Shown piece by piece: positions 8,695 through 18,162 of a stretch of DNA of 36,292 nucleotides. Under the pieces are notes generated by a model that made no database searches, was not told the origin of the DNA, and saw only the letters and a program-made list of their open reading frames with translations. Source of the stretch: Rickettsiales bacterium. Its GTDB lineage: Bacteria > Pseudomonadota > Alphaproteobacteria > Rickettsiales > UBA1997. Each line of letters begins with the position of its first letter. The stretch's first letter is position 1. The position numbers and the translations under genes are program-made. The stretch lies in contig JAITSP010000099.1 in assembly GCA_031287725.1 (NCBI GenBank), positions 1-36,292 on the forward strand, given 5' to 3'.

Positions 8695-9075
8695 TCATTT
8701 TTCTAGTTTGTCCAGTCTATCTAGGTTTCCCAGAGAACTGCCGAAGTTTTCCGCATAGCCAAAGGCCACCACCCTGTCCCGATTCCTATCCACCACTATC
8801 CAGAACTCATGACCCGTCAGAAGCAGTGGGTAGAAACCAAAGAAGGGCGCCCTCCTCTGGCTAAAGACGAGATCAAAGAGTGAAGCATGCAGGTAGTACA
8901 CCAGAACATCCATTCTGCTGGAGGCTCTCTGCTCGGCCGGGTCGCTGCCCATGGCGGCTATCGCCTCCCCTCGGGAGCTTCCACCTCTGAGCTCTCTGGT
9001 CAGATGGATGTGAACGATGCCGGTGCAGGCTGTCACCAGCAGCAGCGGCACCAGGAGAAGACTCCGCGCCAGCAC
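8695..9075 (-). CDS. Putative small lipoprotein (weak SmpA/BamE-like pattern)
   Basis: GTG start, hydrophobic leader with lipobox LLVTAC. LRGGSSRGEAIAAMG..P...LVYY resembles SmpA/OmlA. Lies between rpmG and era on the same strand. Confidence 0.6.
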   Translation of the reverse strand: MLARSLLLVPLLLVTACTGIVHIHLTRELRGGSSRGEAIAAMGSDPAEQRASSRMDVLVYYLHASLFDLVFSQRRAPFFGFYPLLLTGHEFWIVVDRNRDRVVAFGYAENFGSSLGNLDRLDKLEK

Positions 9076-9087
9076 TAGACCCCGTGA

Positions 9088-9273
9088 CTAGTCCAGCTTG
9101 GCCTCTCTAAAGAGAACATGCTTCCGGAGGACGGGATCGTATTTGGAAAATTCCATTTTCTTTGGCCTTTTCTTTGGATTTCTTCTAGCAACATAGAAGT
9201 AGCCTGTGTCGGCACTGCTGACCAGTTTGAAGAGGAGTGCCGCTCTTTTTTTCTTTGCTGTTTTCTCAACCAT
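9088..9273 (-). CDS. rpmG: 50S ribosomal protein L33 (cysteine-free form)
   Basis: [20 protein letters not shown]...[19 protein letters not shown] at 9273. Confidence 0.96.
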   Translation of the reverse strand: MVEKTAKKKRAALLFKLVSSADTGYFYVARRNPKKRPKKMEFSKYDPVLRKHVLFREAKLD

Positions 9274-9369
9274 AACAATTCCTACTGGGACAAGGGTAAA
9301 ATGCGCTTGAAATAATAAAACACGACTATAGGCTGGCCAGTGTAGCGATAACTTTTTAAAAGACAAGAC

Positions 9370-9885
9370 TTGCGCCTGGTTTTTCTGATAATTTCTCTAC
9401 TGACTATAGCTAGCCCAGGAGTAGCGGAGGGGAACAGTGTCATTACCGATGGCAAATACTATGACTGGATAGTGTACCACACCGATGATCTAGGGGAGGA
9501 GAAAAAATGCTACATAGCCACCTTTGCCAAGGCGGACAAGTTCGTCGGCAACTACAGACAGAAGAGGGAGCCCTATCTGATGATTACCCTCTTCAGGTCC
9601 AGTGGCCTCATGGAGGTGAGTCTCTTTGCCGACTACGAGTACAGGAAAAATGGCAGTGTCTATGTGGCCGTGGGTAACCGGCAGTTTAGAATGGTGGCCA
9701 AGGGCAAAATGGCCTGGAACAAAAGTGCTGAGGAGGATTGGATCATGATCAGAACCATGCTGGAGTACGGCAGCGAGATAAAGTCCAGAGGCGAAACGCT
9801 GCTAGGAGAGTACACCATAGATACATTCTCAAGTCTGGGGCTGGGACGAGCCTACGAGAGGATGAAGCAACTCTGCAGAGAGTAA
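9370..9885 (+). CDS. Invasion-associated locus B (IalB)-family periplasmic protein
   Basis: Signal peptide, then G.Y.DW.VY...[23 protein letters not shown]...C, a pattern typical of alphaproteobacterial IalB-family proteins. TTG start. Confidence 0.75.
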   Translation: MRLVFLIISLLTIASPGVAEGNSVITDGKYYDWIVYHTDDLGEEKKCYIATFAKADKFVGNYRQKREPYLMITLFRSSGLMEVSLFADYEYRKNGSVYVAVGNRQFRMVAKGKMAWNKSAEEDWIMIRTMLEYGSEIKSRGETLLGEYTIDTFSSLGLGRAYERMKQLCRE

Positions 9886-9887
9886 GC

Positions 9888-10691
9888 ATGGCCCGGCTAG
9901 CTGGCGGTACCCTGATTCTACTGCTGCTGAACACTCTGGCCGAATTTCTTCCGATCTCCTCGACGGCCCACAGTACACTGGTGGGCAGGTTTTTTAGTCC
10001 GGAGATTGACCTGCGGCTGCTTCTGGCGACTTCCCAGCTGGCCATAGATCTGGTTCTCTGTTTTTACTTTAGGAAATTTCTCTGGAGAATCGCCAGAGAC
10101 TTTTTCTTCGACAGGGCCGTGAGGTCTCTCTGCCGAAGCCTAATTTTGACCTCCATGCCATTTCTGCTGGCTGGCGCGCTCTTCGGCGGACCGGTGAGAA
10201 AATATTTCTACTCCAGTGGTGCCATAGCCCTGTGCCTGGTCCTGGGCGGGGTGTTTCTGCTGTTCGTCGAAGGGCAGCTGGCCAGGGGGAAGGTTGTTCC
10301 CCAGAACCTAGATTCCCTGGAAGGGATAGAGCCTGGAGACATGTATAGAATAGGTCTAGCACAGATGGTTTCTCTGGTGCCAGGTGTATCGCGGCTGGCT
10401 TCCACGCTGGGTGCCGCCCTGCTTCTGGGACTGCCCCGGGCTGTGGCCGTTGACTTTTCGTTTCTCATATCAACTCCGGTGGGTCTGGCTGGTGCTCTAT
10501 TCGACATTCTGGGGGGAGTCGGGAAAATGGGTGTCGGCGATTTCCGTCTCCTCCTTGGCTATTTCATAGCCAATGTGCTGTTCGCATTGTTTTTTGTGAA
10601 AGGAATGCTAGGGTTCCTGAAGAGGTGCAGACTGGATATCTTTGGCTACTACAGAATAGCGCTGGGGCTGGTGATTGCGCTGTTTTTTTAA
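9888..10691 (+). CDS. uppP: Undecaprenyl-diphosphatase UppP/BacA (divergent)
   Basis: AEFLPISSTAH, IGLAQ..SLVPGVSR, AVDFSFLIS, FGYYRI and multiple TM helices. ATG at 9888. Confidence 0.88.
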   Translation: MARLAGGTLILLLLNTLAEFLPISSTAHSTLVGRFFSPEIDLRLLLATSQLAIDLVLCFYFRKFLWRIARDFFFDRAVRSLCRSLILTSMPFLLAGALFGGPVRKYFYSSGAIALCLVLGGVFLLFVEGQLARGKVVPQNLDSLEGIEPGDMYRIGLAQMVSLVPGVSRLASTLGAALLLGLPRAVAVDFSFLISTPVGLAGALFDILGGVGKMGVGDFRLLLGYFIANVLFALFFVKGMLGFLKRCRLDIFGYYRIALGLVIALFF

Positions 10692-10715
10692 TTTTACAGG
10701 GTTTTTAGAATTATC

Positions 10716-11702
10716 ATGATAAAATATGGAGATCTCGGCTTTGTCAACGGCAGGCTCATGCTGAAGAAGGCCTATGAGGGTGGCTATGCCGTTCCAGCCT
10801 ACAATTTTAACAACATGGAACAGATCCAGGCCATAGTCATAGCCTGTCTGGAGAGTCAGTCGCCGGTACTAGTGCAGGTTTCTGCCGGAGCAAGGAACTA
10901 CGCCGACCCCGATCTACTGAGAAACATGGCCAGAGGAGCTCTGGAGATGATGAAGAGGATGGCGGGGGAGCTGGGGCTCAGGGAAATACCGATGGCGCTG
11001 CACCTTGACCACGGAGCTAGCTTTGAAATCTGCAGAGACTGCATAGAGAATGGCTTTTCCTCGGTTATGATAGATGGTTCCAGTCTAGACTATGGAAAAA
11101 ATATTGAGCTGACTCGGAGGGTTAGCGACTTCGCCCACCGCTGGGATGTGACCGTCGAGGGTGAGCTGGGTGTGCTGTCGGGTGTGGAGGATGAAGCTAG
11201 GTCGGAAATTTCCAGCTACACTAGACCGGAGGATGTGGAGCATTTTGTTGCCGAGACTGGTGTCGATTCTCTAGCCATTTCCATTGGCACTTCCCATGGT
11301 GCCTATAAATTCAACGTCAGAGACGAAAAAGAGATACCAACCCTGAGGTTTGACCTGCTGGAGGAGATAGCCAGAAGGCTGCCAGGCTTTCCTATAGTGC
11401 TCCATGGGGCCTCCTCCATCCCCCAGGAGCTGGTCCGCAGGATAAATGAATGTGGAGGTAGGCTGGAGAGAGCCTTCGGTATCCCCGAAGAGCAGCTGAG
11501 AAGGGCTGCGACTATGGCGGTGTGCAAAATAAACGTTGACTCTGACGGCAGGCTTGCCATGACCGCCTCGGTGAGGGAGTTTCTGTGGAACAATCCCGAC
11601 AGGTTTGACCCCCGGGACTACCTGGGCAAGGCACGGCAGAGTCTGGTGGACATGTACATGGATAAGAACAGGAATGTATTTGGCTCGGCAGGTAGGGCCT
11701 AG
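10716..11702 (+). CDS. fba: Class II fructose-1,6-bisphosphate aldolase
   Basis: AYNFNNME, ALHLDHG, FSSVMIDGS, VEGELG, IGTSHG, VLHGAS, KINVDSD. Confidence 0.96.
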   Translation: MIKYGDLGFVNGRLMLKKAYEGGYAVPAYNFNNMEQIQAIVIACLESQSPVLVQVSAGARNYADPDLLRNMARGALEMMKRMAGELGLREIPMALHLDHGASFEICRDCIENGFSSVMIDGSSLDYGKNIELTRRVSDFAHRWDVTVEGELGVLSGVEDEARSEISSYTRPEDVEHFVAETGVDSLAISIGTSHGAYKFNVRDEKEIPTLRFDLLEEIARRLPGFPIVLHGASSIPQELVRRINECGGRLERAFGIPEEQLRRAATMAVCKINVDSDGRLAMTASVREFLWNNPDRFDPRDYLGKARQSLVDMYMDKNRNVFGSAGRA

Positions 11703-11750
11703 AGTAGCCCGGGGAGAGGCTCGACCCCTAGGGTGGAGGGGGGTAGCTCT

Positions 11751-13031
11751 ATGAGCTCGAATGATGATTTCGTGTACATTGCTCTGGGATCCAACGAGGG
11801 TGACAGAAAGGGTAACCTGGTGGCCGCCATCGATGGGCTGCGGGCCTATGGTGTGGATATTTTGGAGGTGTCCCCACTGTACCCAAACCCAGCTCTGCTG
11901 CTGGAGGGGTCCCCCGACGACTGGAACAGGCCATTCTATAACTGCGTGGTCAAAGTGGACACGGAGCTCTCTCCGGAGAATCTGCTGGCACTCTGCAAGC
12001 GGCTGGAGAGGGAGCTGGGACGTGATCCTAGCAGGAAATTTGGCCCTAGAACCATTGATCTGGACATACTTTTCTATAAAAATCAGGTTATCAACAGCGA
12101 TAAATTGACCATACCCCACAGAGGCATCTACAGCAGAAGTTTTGTGCTGGACCCGCTGTCCTTTGTCTATCCGGAGAAGGCTGGAGACTACTATGGCCGG
12201 TCACACCAGCCGTTGACCATGGGTATAATAAATGTTACTCCGGACTCCTTCTCGGATGGTGGGAAACACTACGCTCCGGATTCCGCTGTGGAATTGTTTG
12301 AACAGTGGGAAAGGGCCGATGTCTCCGCCATAGACATCGGGGCCGAATCAACCAATCCGAATTCCCGGCCTCTAGAGGAGAGGGAGGAGATCAGGAGGCT
12401 AGAGCCAATATTTGACTACATCAGAAACAGAAACTTTGGCTATTTTAGGCCTCTGCTCAGCATAGACAGCTACCACCCGGGGACAGCCGAACTGGCCCTG
12501 GCCAGTGGTTTTGACATGGTCAACGATGTGTCTGGCCTAGGAGACGAGAGAATGCTAGATCTGGCCAGGAACTATAGGGATGCAAAATTTATTTTCATGC
12601 ATAGTCTGGCTGTTCCGACCAGAAGAGACGTGGTTCTGGTCGGTGACCCACTGGAAGAGATGGGAAAATGGATTGGAGACAGGGCAAGGACATTCGAAAG
12701 GATTGGTCTGGATAAAAACAGACTAATATTCGATGTTGGCCTGGGGTTTGGCAAGACTGCATCCCAAAATCTAAAACTGCTGCAGAACATGGCCCACTTT
12801 CACAGCTACGGCTTCAAGATTCTGGTGGGACACTCGAGGAAGTCCTTTATGGACATTTTCACTGGCGAAGCGGCGGGACAGCGCGATCTAGAGACGATCG
12901 CCCTGTCCCTGGGACTTGCAAAGGACGTTGACATTCTCCGGGTGCACAGTCCCCTCGAGCACCGCAGAGCCCTCCTAGCCTCTGGCCATCTGGCTAACCA
13001 GTTCATAGGGGGGTCTCGGGCCGAGGGCTAG
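11751..13031 (+). CDS. folKP: Bifunctional FolK (HPPK)-FolP (dihydropteroate synthase)
   Basis: YIALGSN and PRTIDLDIL, IPH (FolK), followed in frame by MGIINVTPDSFSDGG, IDIGAEST, VNDVSG, DVGLGFGK, GHSRKS and LRVH (FolP). Confidence 0.95.
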   Translation: MSSNDDFVYIALGSNEGDRKGNLVAAIDGLRAYGVDILEVSPLYPNPALLLEGSPDDWNRPFYNCVVKVDTELSPENLLALCKRLERELGRDPSRKFGPRTIDLDILFYKNQVINSDKLTIPHRGIYSRSFVLDPLSFVYPEKAGDYYGRSHQPLTMGIINVTPDSFSDGGKHYAPDSAVELFEQWERADVSAIDIGAESTNPNSRPLEEREEIRRLEPIFDYIRNRNFGYFRPLLSIDSYHPGTAELALASGFDMVNDVSGLGDERMLDLARNYRDAKFIFMHSLAVPTRRDVVLVGDPLEEMGKWIGDRARTFERIGLDKNRLIFDVGLGFGKTASQNLKLLQNMAHFHSYGFKILVGHSRKSFMDIFTGEAAGQRDLETIALSLGLAKDVDILRVHSPLEHRRALLASGHLANQFIGGSRAEG

Positions 13032-14296
13032 CTCTCTTCGGAGCTTGGAGGAGAATTCAGTTTCTCCTTTAGTTTTCTGATCTTATCCTTCAGACCCTCG
13101 CTGGTACTGCCTCCCCCTCCTCCTTCCTCTGTTTCTTCCTTTTTGTCCTCACTTTCCTCTTCTTCACTCTCACTTTCTTCCTCTCCACTTTCACTTTTCT
13201 CTTCACTTTCGCTTTCACTCTCACTCTCACTTTTCTCTTTGCTTTCACTTTCTTCCTCTTCACTTTTACTTTTCTCTTCGCTTTCTTCTTCCACTTTCTC
13301 TTCTACTTTCTCTTCTTCACTCTCACTTTCACTCTCACTTTTCTCTTTCTCTTCCTGTTTCTCTTCTACCTTTTCTTCTTCACTTTCCTCCTCTTTACTT
13401 TCCTCCTCTTTACTTTCCTCTTTTTCTTCCTGTTTCTCTTCTACCTTTTCTTCTTCACTCTCACTTTCTTCCTCTTTACTTTCCTCTTTTTCTTCCTGTT
13501 TCTCTTCTACCTTTTCTTCTTCACTTTCGCTCTCACTTTTCTCTTCGCTTTCTTCTTCTACTTTCTCTTCTACTTTCTCTTCTTCACTTTCACTCTCACT
13601 TTCTTCCTCTTTACTTTCCTCTTTCTCTTCCACTTTCTCTTCTACCTTTTCTTCTTCACTTTCACTTTCTTCCTCTTTACTTTCGCTTTCCTCTTCTACT
13701 TTCTCTTCCTCCACCCTTCCAACCACAGCCTCCACAGTCCCACCAGCTGGACCAGCGGCAGCGATAGCGGTAGTGCCAGCGGCAGCTAGTCTCTCTTCGA
13801 TTATTTCCACTTTATTCAGCAGACCCAGCAGGCTACTGCCAAAGTCAGCGAATCTCTGCTCAAGATTTCCAATCCTATCCGCTATTTCTTCCAGTTTTCC
13901 AGAGCCATCTGGAATCCGGGGAGAGTCTCCGGAGGTCGAGGAACCAGAGTCCAGCGAAGATGCAGTGGCTCCAGCCCTGACAGTCTCCCCGAGGGTTTTC
14001 AGTCCGTCGGCCAGACCAGTCAGACGCCCGGCCAGCTCTCCAGAGGTCTCAGCCACCCTGCTAGCCACCGCCTTCCCGATTGTTTCGATTTTTGACCCCA
14101 GTCCAGCCACTGCGTCGAATTTTAGCAGTCTGATGACTTCGTTCATTTTGGTTTCGATGACATCCGCATGGTCGCCAATATCAACGTTGCTACCGCTGTG
14201 ATGTATCTCTATGTACTCCTTCCTGCGGCAGCAGTTGATCTCCAGTATGATCAGGAGTAGAAAGCAAAATAGTAAACTTGAAAATAAAACTAGCAT
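13028..14296 (-). CDS. Membrane-anchored protein with coiled-coil and long Glu/Ser/Lys repeat tract
   Basis: N-terminal hydrophobic helix, heptad-like segments, ~195-aa acidic low-complexity tract and a basic C-terminal helix. AT-rich divergent spacer upstream. Confidence 0.8.
   Translation of the reverse strand: MLVLFSSLLFCFLLLIILEINCCRRKEYIEIHHSGSNVDIGDHADVIETKMNEVIRLLKFDAVAGLGSKIETIGKAVASRVAETSGELAGRLTGLADGLKTLGETVRAGATASSLDSGSSTSGDSPRIPDGSGKLEEIADRIGNLEQRFADFGSSLLGLLNKVEIIEERLAAAGTTAIAAAGPAGGTVEAVVGRVEEEKVEEESESKEEESESEEEKVEEKVEEKEESKEEESESESEEEKVEEKVEEESEEKSESESEEEKVEEKQEEKEESKEEESESEEEKVEEKQEEKEESKEEESKEEESEEEKVEEKQEEKEKSESESESEEEKVEEKVEEESEEKSKSEEEESESKEKSESESESESEEKSESGEEESESEEEESEDKKEETEEGGGGGSTSEGLKDKIRKLKEKLNSPPSSEES
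13124..13711 (-). repeat. Imperfect coding tandem repeat / pyrimidine-rich tract
   Basis: Seven EEEKVEE units. An exact DNA block recurs at 13415 and 13481 (66-bp period). The + strand is overwhelmingly C/T. Confidence 0.9.
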
Positions 14297-14367
14297 ATGG
14301 CATAAAATCTTAGCTCTACCTGGATGGTAGATTAAGTATTTATATTTTCAAGGATGGTAGAATTATT

Positions 14368-15723
14368 ATGAACAACCCAGTGGCAGTGGTTCTCTGTGCC
14401 GGCAGAGGCTCCAGAATGAAGTCCGGCAGACCAAAGGTCCTGCATAGAGTTGCGGGACTGGAGATAGTGGCCCATGTGCTAGGAACCCTGGAGACCGTCG
14501 GGGTGGAGAAGATTGTGTTGGTTGTGTCCGAAGACAACAGAGAGGCTATAGAGGCTATTATTCCGGAAAATGTGAAAACTGCCGTCCAGAGTGTAGTGGA
14601 CGGCACCGCCAGTGCCACCAGGGTTGGTCTCGGAGCCCTGGACGGTGACACCGAGGGTGTTGTGCTGGTGACCTACTGCGATGTCCCTCTGGTCCAGGGG
14701 GAGACCTATGGAAGAATGCTGGATGCCCTAGAAAAAACGGGGGATGCTCTGGTTCTGCTGGCCTTCAACACAGGGAATAGAAAGAATGAATATGGACGGC
14801 TAGTGCTGGGAGAGGATGGAAGGCTAGGGGGGATTGTGGAGTACAGAGACGCCAGTGACTCTCTGCGAAACAGTTCTCTCTGTAACGCGGGCATATACGC
14901 CGTCCGAGGCCGAAAACTTCTTGAGCGACTTATCGGTGCCGTGGGCAATGACAATGGAGCAGGGGAATACTATCTCACGGACATTGTGGAAATAGCCATT
15001 AGACAGAACTACCCCTGTAGCTACGTTCTAGTGGAGGAGGGGGAGGTCCAGGGGATAAACTCCCGAAAGGAGCTGGCCGCCGCAGAGCGCGCCTTCCAGG
15101 ATAGGATGAGGGGCGAATTTATGGCTAGAGGGGTTACCCTTGTGGATCCCGCCTCGGTATTTTTTTCCTACGATACGGTACTGGGGAGAGATGTGACTGT
15201 AGAGCCGAATGTCATATTCGCCCGAGGGGTCAGAGTAGAGGAAGATGTCCAGATAAGAGCCTTCTCCTATCTAGAGGGGTGTGAGATAGAAAGTGGATCC
15301 ACCATCGGGCCCTTTGCCCGTCTGAGGCCGGGGACTAGTGTGGGCAGAAATGCCAGGATCGGAAATTTCTGCGAGATAAAGGGATCCACCATAGGGAATG
15401 GCACAAAAATTAGTCATCTCTCCTACATCGGAGATACAGAGGTGGGCGAGGATACGAACATCGGAGCGGGTACCATCACCTGTAACTATGATGGCTATTC
15501 AAAATTTAAAACTAGGATTGGCAAGAATTCCTTCATAGGCTCTAACAGCGTAATTGTGGCTCCGGTGGAAATCGGTGAAAACTCACTGACAGCTGCCGGC
15601 AGCGTCGTGACGGAGAGTGCTGGTAGCAATTCTCTGATAATAGCGAGGGCTGAACAGAGGGTGGTGGCTGAAGGAATGCTAAGGTATCGGGCAAAGCGCA
15701 GCGGCAGGCCCGTGGATTCCTAG
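14368..15723 (+). CDS. glmU: Bifunctional UDP-GlcNAc pyrophosphorylase / glucosamine-1-P acetyltransferase
   Basis: LCAGRGSRMKS..PKVLH, EYYLTD, IGPFARLRP, HLSYIGD, NIGAGTITCNYDG. Confidence 0.97.
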   Translation: MNNPVAVVLCAGRGSRMKSGRPKVLHRVAGLEIVAHVLGTLETVGVEKIVLVVSEDNREAIEAIIPENVKTAVQSVVDGTASATRVGLGALDGDTEGVVLVTYCDVPLVQGETYGRMLDALEKTGDALVLLAFNTGNRKNEYGRLVLGEDGRLGGIVEYRDASDSLRNSSLCNAGIYAVRGRKLLERLIGAVGNDNGAGEYYLTDIVEIAIRQNYPCSYVLVEEGEVQGINSRKELAAAERAFQDRMRGEFMARGVTLVDPASVFFSYDTVLGRDVTVEPNVIFARGVRVEEDVQIRAFSYLEGCEIESGSTIGPFARLRPGTSVGRNARIGNFCEIKGSTIGNGTKISHLSYIGDTEVGEDTNIGAGTITCNYDGYSKFKTRIGKNSFIGSNSVIVAPVEIGENSLTAAGSVVTESAGSNSLIIARAEQRVVAEGMLRYRAKRSGRPVDS

Positions 15724-15760
15724 GCCAGAGGCTGTTCCCGGTGACCACCGGGTGCCAGGG

Positions 15761-16486
15761 CTACCTAAAGTTCTCGCCTAGATAGAATCTCCGGACATCC
15801 GGATTGGCGAGAATTTCCCTTCGGTTTCCAGACATGAGAATTTTCCCATCGTAGACTATGTAAGCCCTGTCGACGATGGCTAGGGTTTCCCGAATGTTGT
15901 GGTCCGTTATTAGAATGCCTATGCCCATGCCCTTCAGTTTCACTATGATCTCCGTGATTTCGCCCATGACTATGGGATCTATGCCGGCGAACGGTTCATC
16001 CAGAAGAATAAAGAGCGGGTCCAGAGCCAGGGTTCGGGCTATCTCCAGACGTCTCCGCTCTCCGCCGGAGAGGGTGGCTGCGATGGAATTCCTCAGATGG
16101 GAGATCGAAAAATCCTCCATGAGCTGCTCCAGCCTTTCGGCCCTTTTTTTCCTGTCTGGCTGCGAAATCTCCAGGATAGAGTATATGTTCATGCTGACAG
16201 TCATGCCCCGGAACACGGAGGCCTCCTGGGGCAGGTAGGCTATGCCCAGCTTCGCCCTCCTGTACATGGGAAAGGTTGATATGTCTCTGCCATTCAGCAG
16301 GATTCTGCCGCCATCGGCCCTCAGCAGACCTACGGCCATGTAAAATATCGTCGTCTTACCGGCGCCGTTGGGCCCTAGGAGTCCCACCACCTCTCCCTGC
16401 TCTACCTCCAGGGCTACGTCCCGGACAACGGTCCTTCCGCCATAGGCCTTTTTCAAATGTTCAATTTCCAGAAGGTTTTTTGTCAT
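15761..16486 (-). CDS. lptB: LPS export ABC transporter ATPase
   Basis: [56 protein letters not shown]. Confidence 0.96.
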   Translation of the reverse strand: MTKNLLEIEHLKKAYGGRTVVRDVALEVEQGEVVGLLGPNGAGKTTIFYMAVGLLRADGGRILLNGRDISTFPMYRRAKLGIAYLPQEASVFRGMTVSMNIYSILEISQPDRKKRAERLEQLMEDFSISHLRNSIAATLSGGERRRLEIARTLALDPLFILLDEPFAGIDPIVMGEITEIIVKLKGMGIGILITDHNIRETLAIVDRAYIVYDGKILMSGNRREILANPDVRRFYLGENFR

Positions 16487-17027
16487 CTTTTCTCCTACCT
16501 AGCTCCTCCAGGTTATCCATAATGATTATAACTTTTTTTTTAGAACCATCCTCTCCGCTTCGGTTCCCAAACATATTGATCTCCTCGCTCAGAGTATCAT
16601 AGACAGCTCTGTCCACAAAGATAACTGAATTTTTCTCATTTACCACAACATTATCTCTAATGGTCAAAATTGAGTTGACAAAGTCATAGTCTCCACGATC
16701 GCCACTGATCCTAACACCCCTGGCGCTGCTGGCCTCGACATCCTGCATGTACATGATGCTTGGCCTGATTTTGCCATCCATGTCCCTGTAGTGGATGGTC
16801 AGGTCCTTCCTTACCAATATTTCTAATCCCCCCTTCTCTATTTGGATATTTCCAGTGAACACCATGAGGCCCTCGTTCTTTCGAATGCTAATTTCGTCGG
16901 CTCGGATCTTCACACTTTCCCCTAGCCCGAACTCCTCTGGCCGGCAGCTGAAGCCTAGCAGAAGCAGTGGCAGCAGAAGCGACAGCACAGAGGGCAGCCT
17001 AGAGAGCCAGTGATCTGCGTATCTCAT
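16461..17027 (-). CDS. lptA: LptA/OstA-family LPS transport protein
   Basis: Hydrophobic leader, beta-jellyroll pattern ([33 protein letters not shown]), directly upstream of lptB. Start position uncertain. Confidence 0.78.
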   Translation of the reverse strand: MRYADHWLSRLPSVLSLLLPLLLLGFSCRPEEFGLGESVKIRADEISIRKNEGLMVFTGNIQIEKGGLEILVRKDLTIHYRDMDGKIRPSIMYMQDVEASSARGVRISGDRGDYDFVNSILTIRDNVVVNEKNSVIFVDRAVYDTLSEEINMFGNRSGEDGSKKKVIIIMDNLEELGRRKDDKKPSGN

Positions 17028-18162
17028 CGGCCATTAGCTGTGATGCCGGACGGCCGGCTCCGAGGCTGAGCTGCTCCAGAATCCGCCGGCTGTCCTCCAG
17101 CTGTCTGGCTCTGGCCTCTCCGCTCTCCAGAAGATGAATGGCGGCCTCCACTATATTTTTAACTCTACATTTGGAAACTATGAATTCCGGAACTATTTCT
17201 CTGGCGGCCAGAATGTTTACAATGTTCGCAAATTTTGGGCCAGATTTCATCCTAAGGAAGAGACCAACCAGAATGTTGGTCAGGAAATTAAATCTATAGA
17301 TTACCACCAGAGGTACCGACCGGGCGGCTATCTCTAGGGTGTTTGTGCCAGATTTGGCTATTGCCAGTGAGGATCTGGCCAGAGTCTCCAGCTTTCTCTG
17401 GGGATCGGAGATAACCTCCGGCTGGCCAATCTTCCCTGCCCCCAGATATTTCCTCACCTCGGCCTCCATGTCTTCGCTGGTTAGGATGCTGAAGTTGAGG
17501 TTGTAGGTCTTTCTAAGATCTCTAGCCACAGCCAGCATCAGGGGCAGCATGGCTCTGATCTCCGTGGTTCTGCTACCCGGAGTCAGGACAATGGTTCTGC
17601 TGTCCCCCGGACCGGCGGAGTCTCTGGCGCTGGCACTAGGCTGGGCGAATCCTCTCCCAAGGATCGGGTGACCCACAAAAATCGTCCTCAGCCCATATTT
17701 TTCAAAGTAGGGGGGCTCGAAGGGCAGCAGGCAGAAGAGTTCGTCGTAGAGCCGGGCTATCTTTTTAGCTCTACCCCCTCGGTAGAACCAGACACTGGGG
17801 GCTACGAGATGGAAACCTTTGATTCTGTTTGCCCTGTCCAACTGTCTAATCTTTTTCATAACTCTGAAACAGAAATCTGGTGAGTCTATGGTTAGTACCA
17901 GGTCCTGGGCCGTGTTGACCGCGAATCTTGCCGTTTCCCCTATTCTTCGGAGGATTCTGGGCAGTCTGGGTAGCAATTCAAATATCCCCATCACCGCCAG
18001 CTCCTCCATGGGGAACAGACTCCTCCGGCCACTTTTCTTTTCCATGGAGGGACCTCCGACTATGCTGATGTCGAACAGATCTCTGTCCAGCTGGTCCAAC
18101 AGGTCTGAGCCTAGAGTGTCCCCGGACCTCTCTCCGGCTATCAGCAGTATTTTTTTCCTCAT
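16999..18162 (-). CDS. lpxB: Lipid-A-disaccharide synthase
   Basis: IAGERSGD.LG, LAVMGIFE, IDSPDF, VAPSVW, LLPFE, FVGHP, PGSR..EI, KSGTNTLE. Confidence 0.96.
   Translation of the reverse strand: MRKKILLIAGERSGDTLGSDLLDQLDRDLFDISIVGGPSMEKKSGRRSLFPMEELAVMGIFELLPRLPRILRRIGETARFAVNTAQDLVLTIDSPDFCFRVMKKIRQLDRANRIKGFHLVAPSVWFYRGGRAKKIARLYDELFCLLPFEPPYFEKYGLRTIFVGHPILGRGFAQPSASARDSAGPGDSRTIVLTPGSRTTEIRAMLPLMLAVARDLRKTYNLNFSILTSEDMEAEVRKYLGAGKIGQPEVISDPQRKLETLARSSLAIAKSGTNTLEIAARSVPLVVIYRFNFLTNILVGLFLRMKSGPKFANIVNILAAREIVPEFIVSKCRVKNIVEAAIHLLESGEARARQLEDSRRILEQLSLGAGRPASQLMADEIRRSLAL

Noticed and set aside
11271-12119. 282-aa minus-strand ORF
   Set aside because: Antisense to the well-supported fba and folKP genes; no motifs.
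13143-14201. 352-aa Ser/Leu/Phe-rich ORF on the + strand
   Set aside because: Antisense shadow of the Glu/Lys/Ser repeat gene; the pyrimidine-rich strand simply lacks stops.
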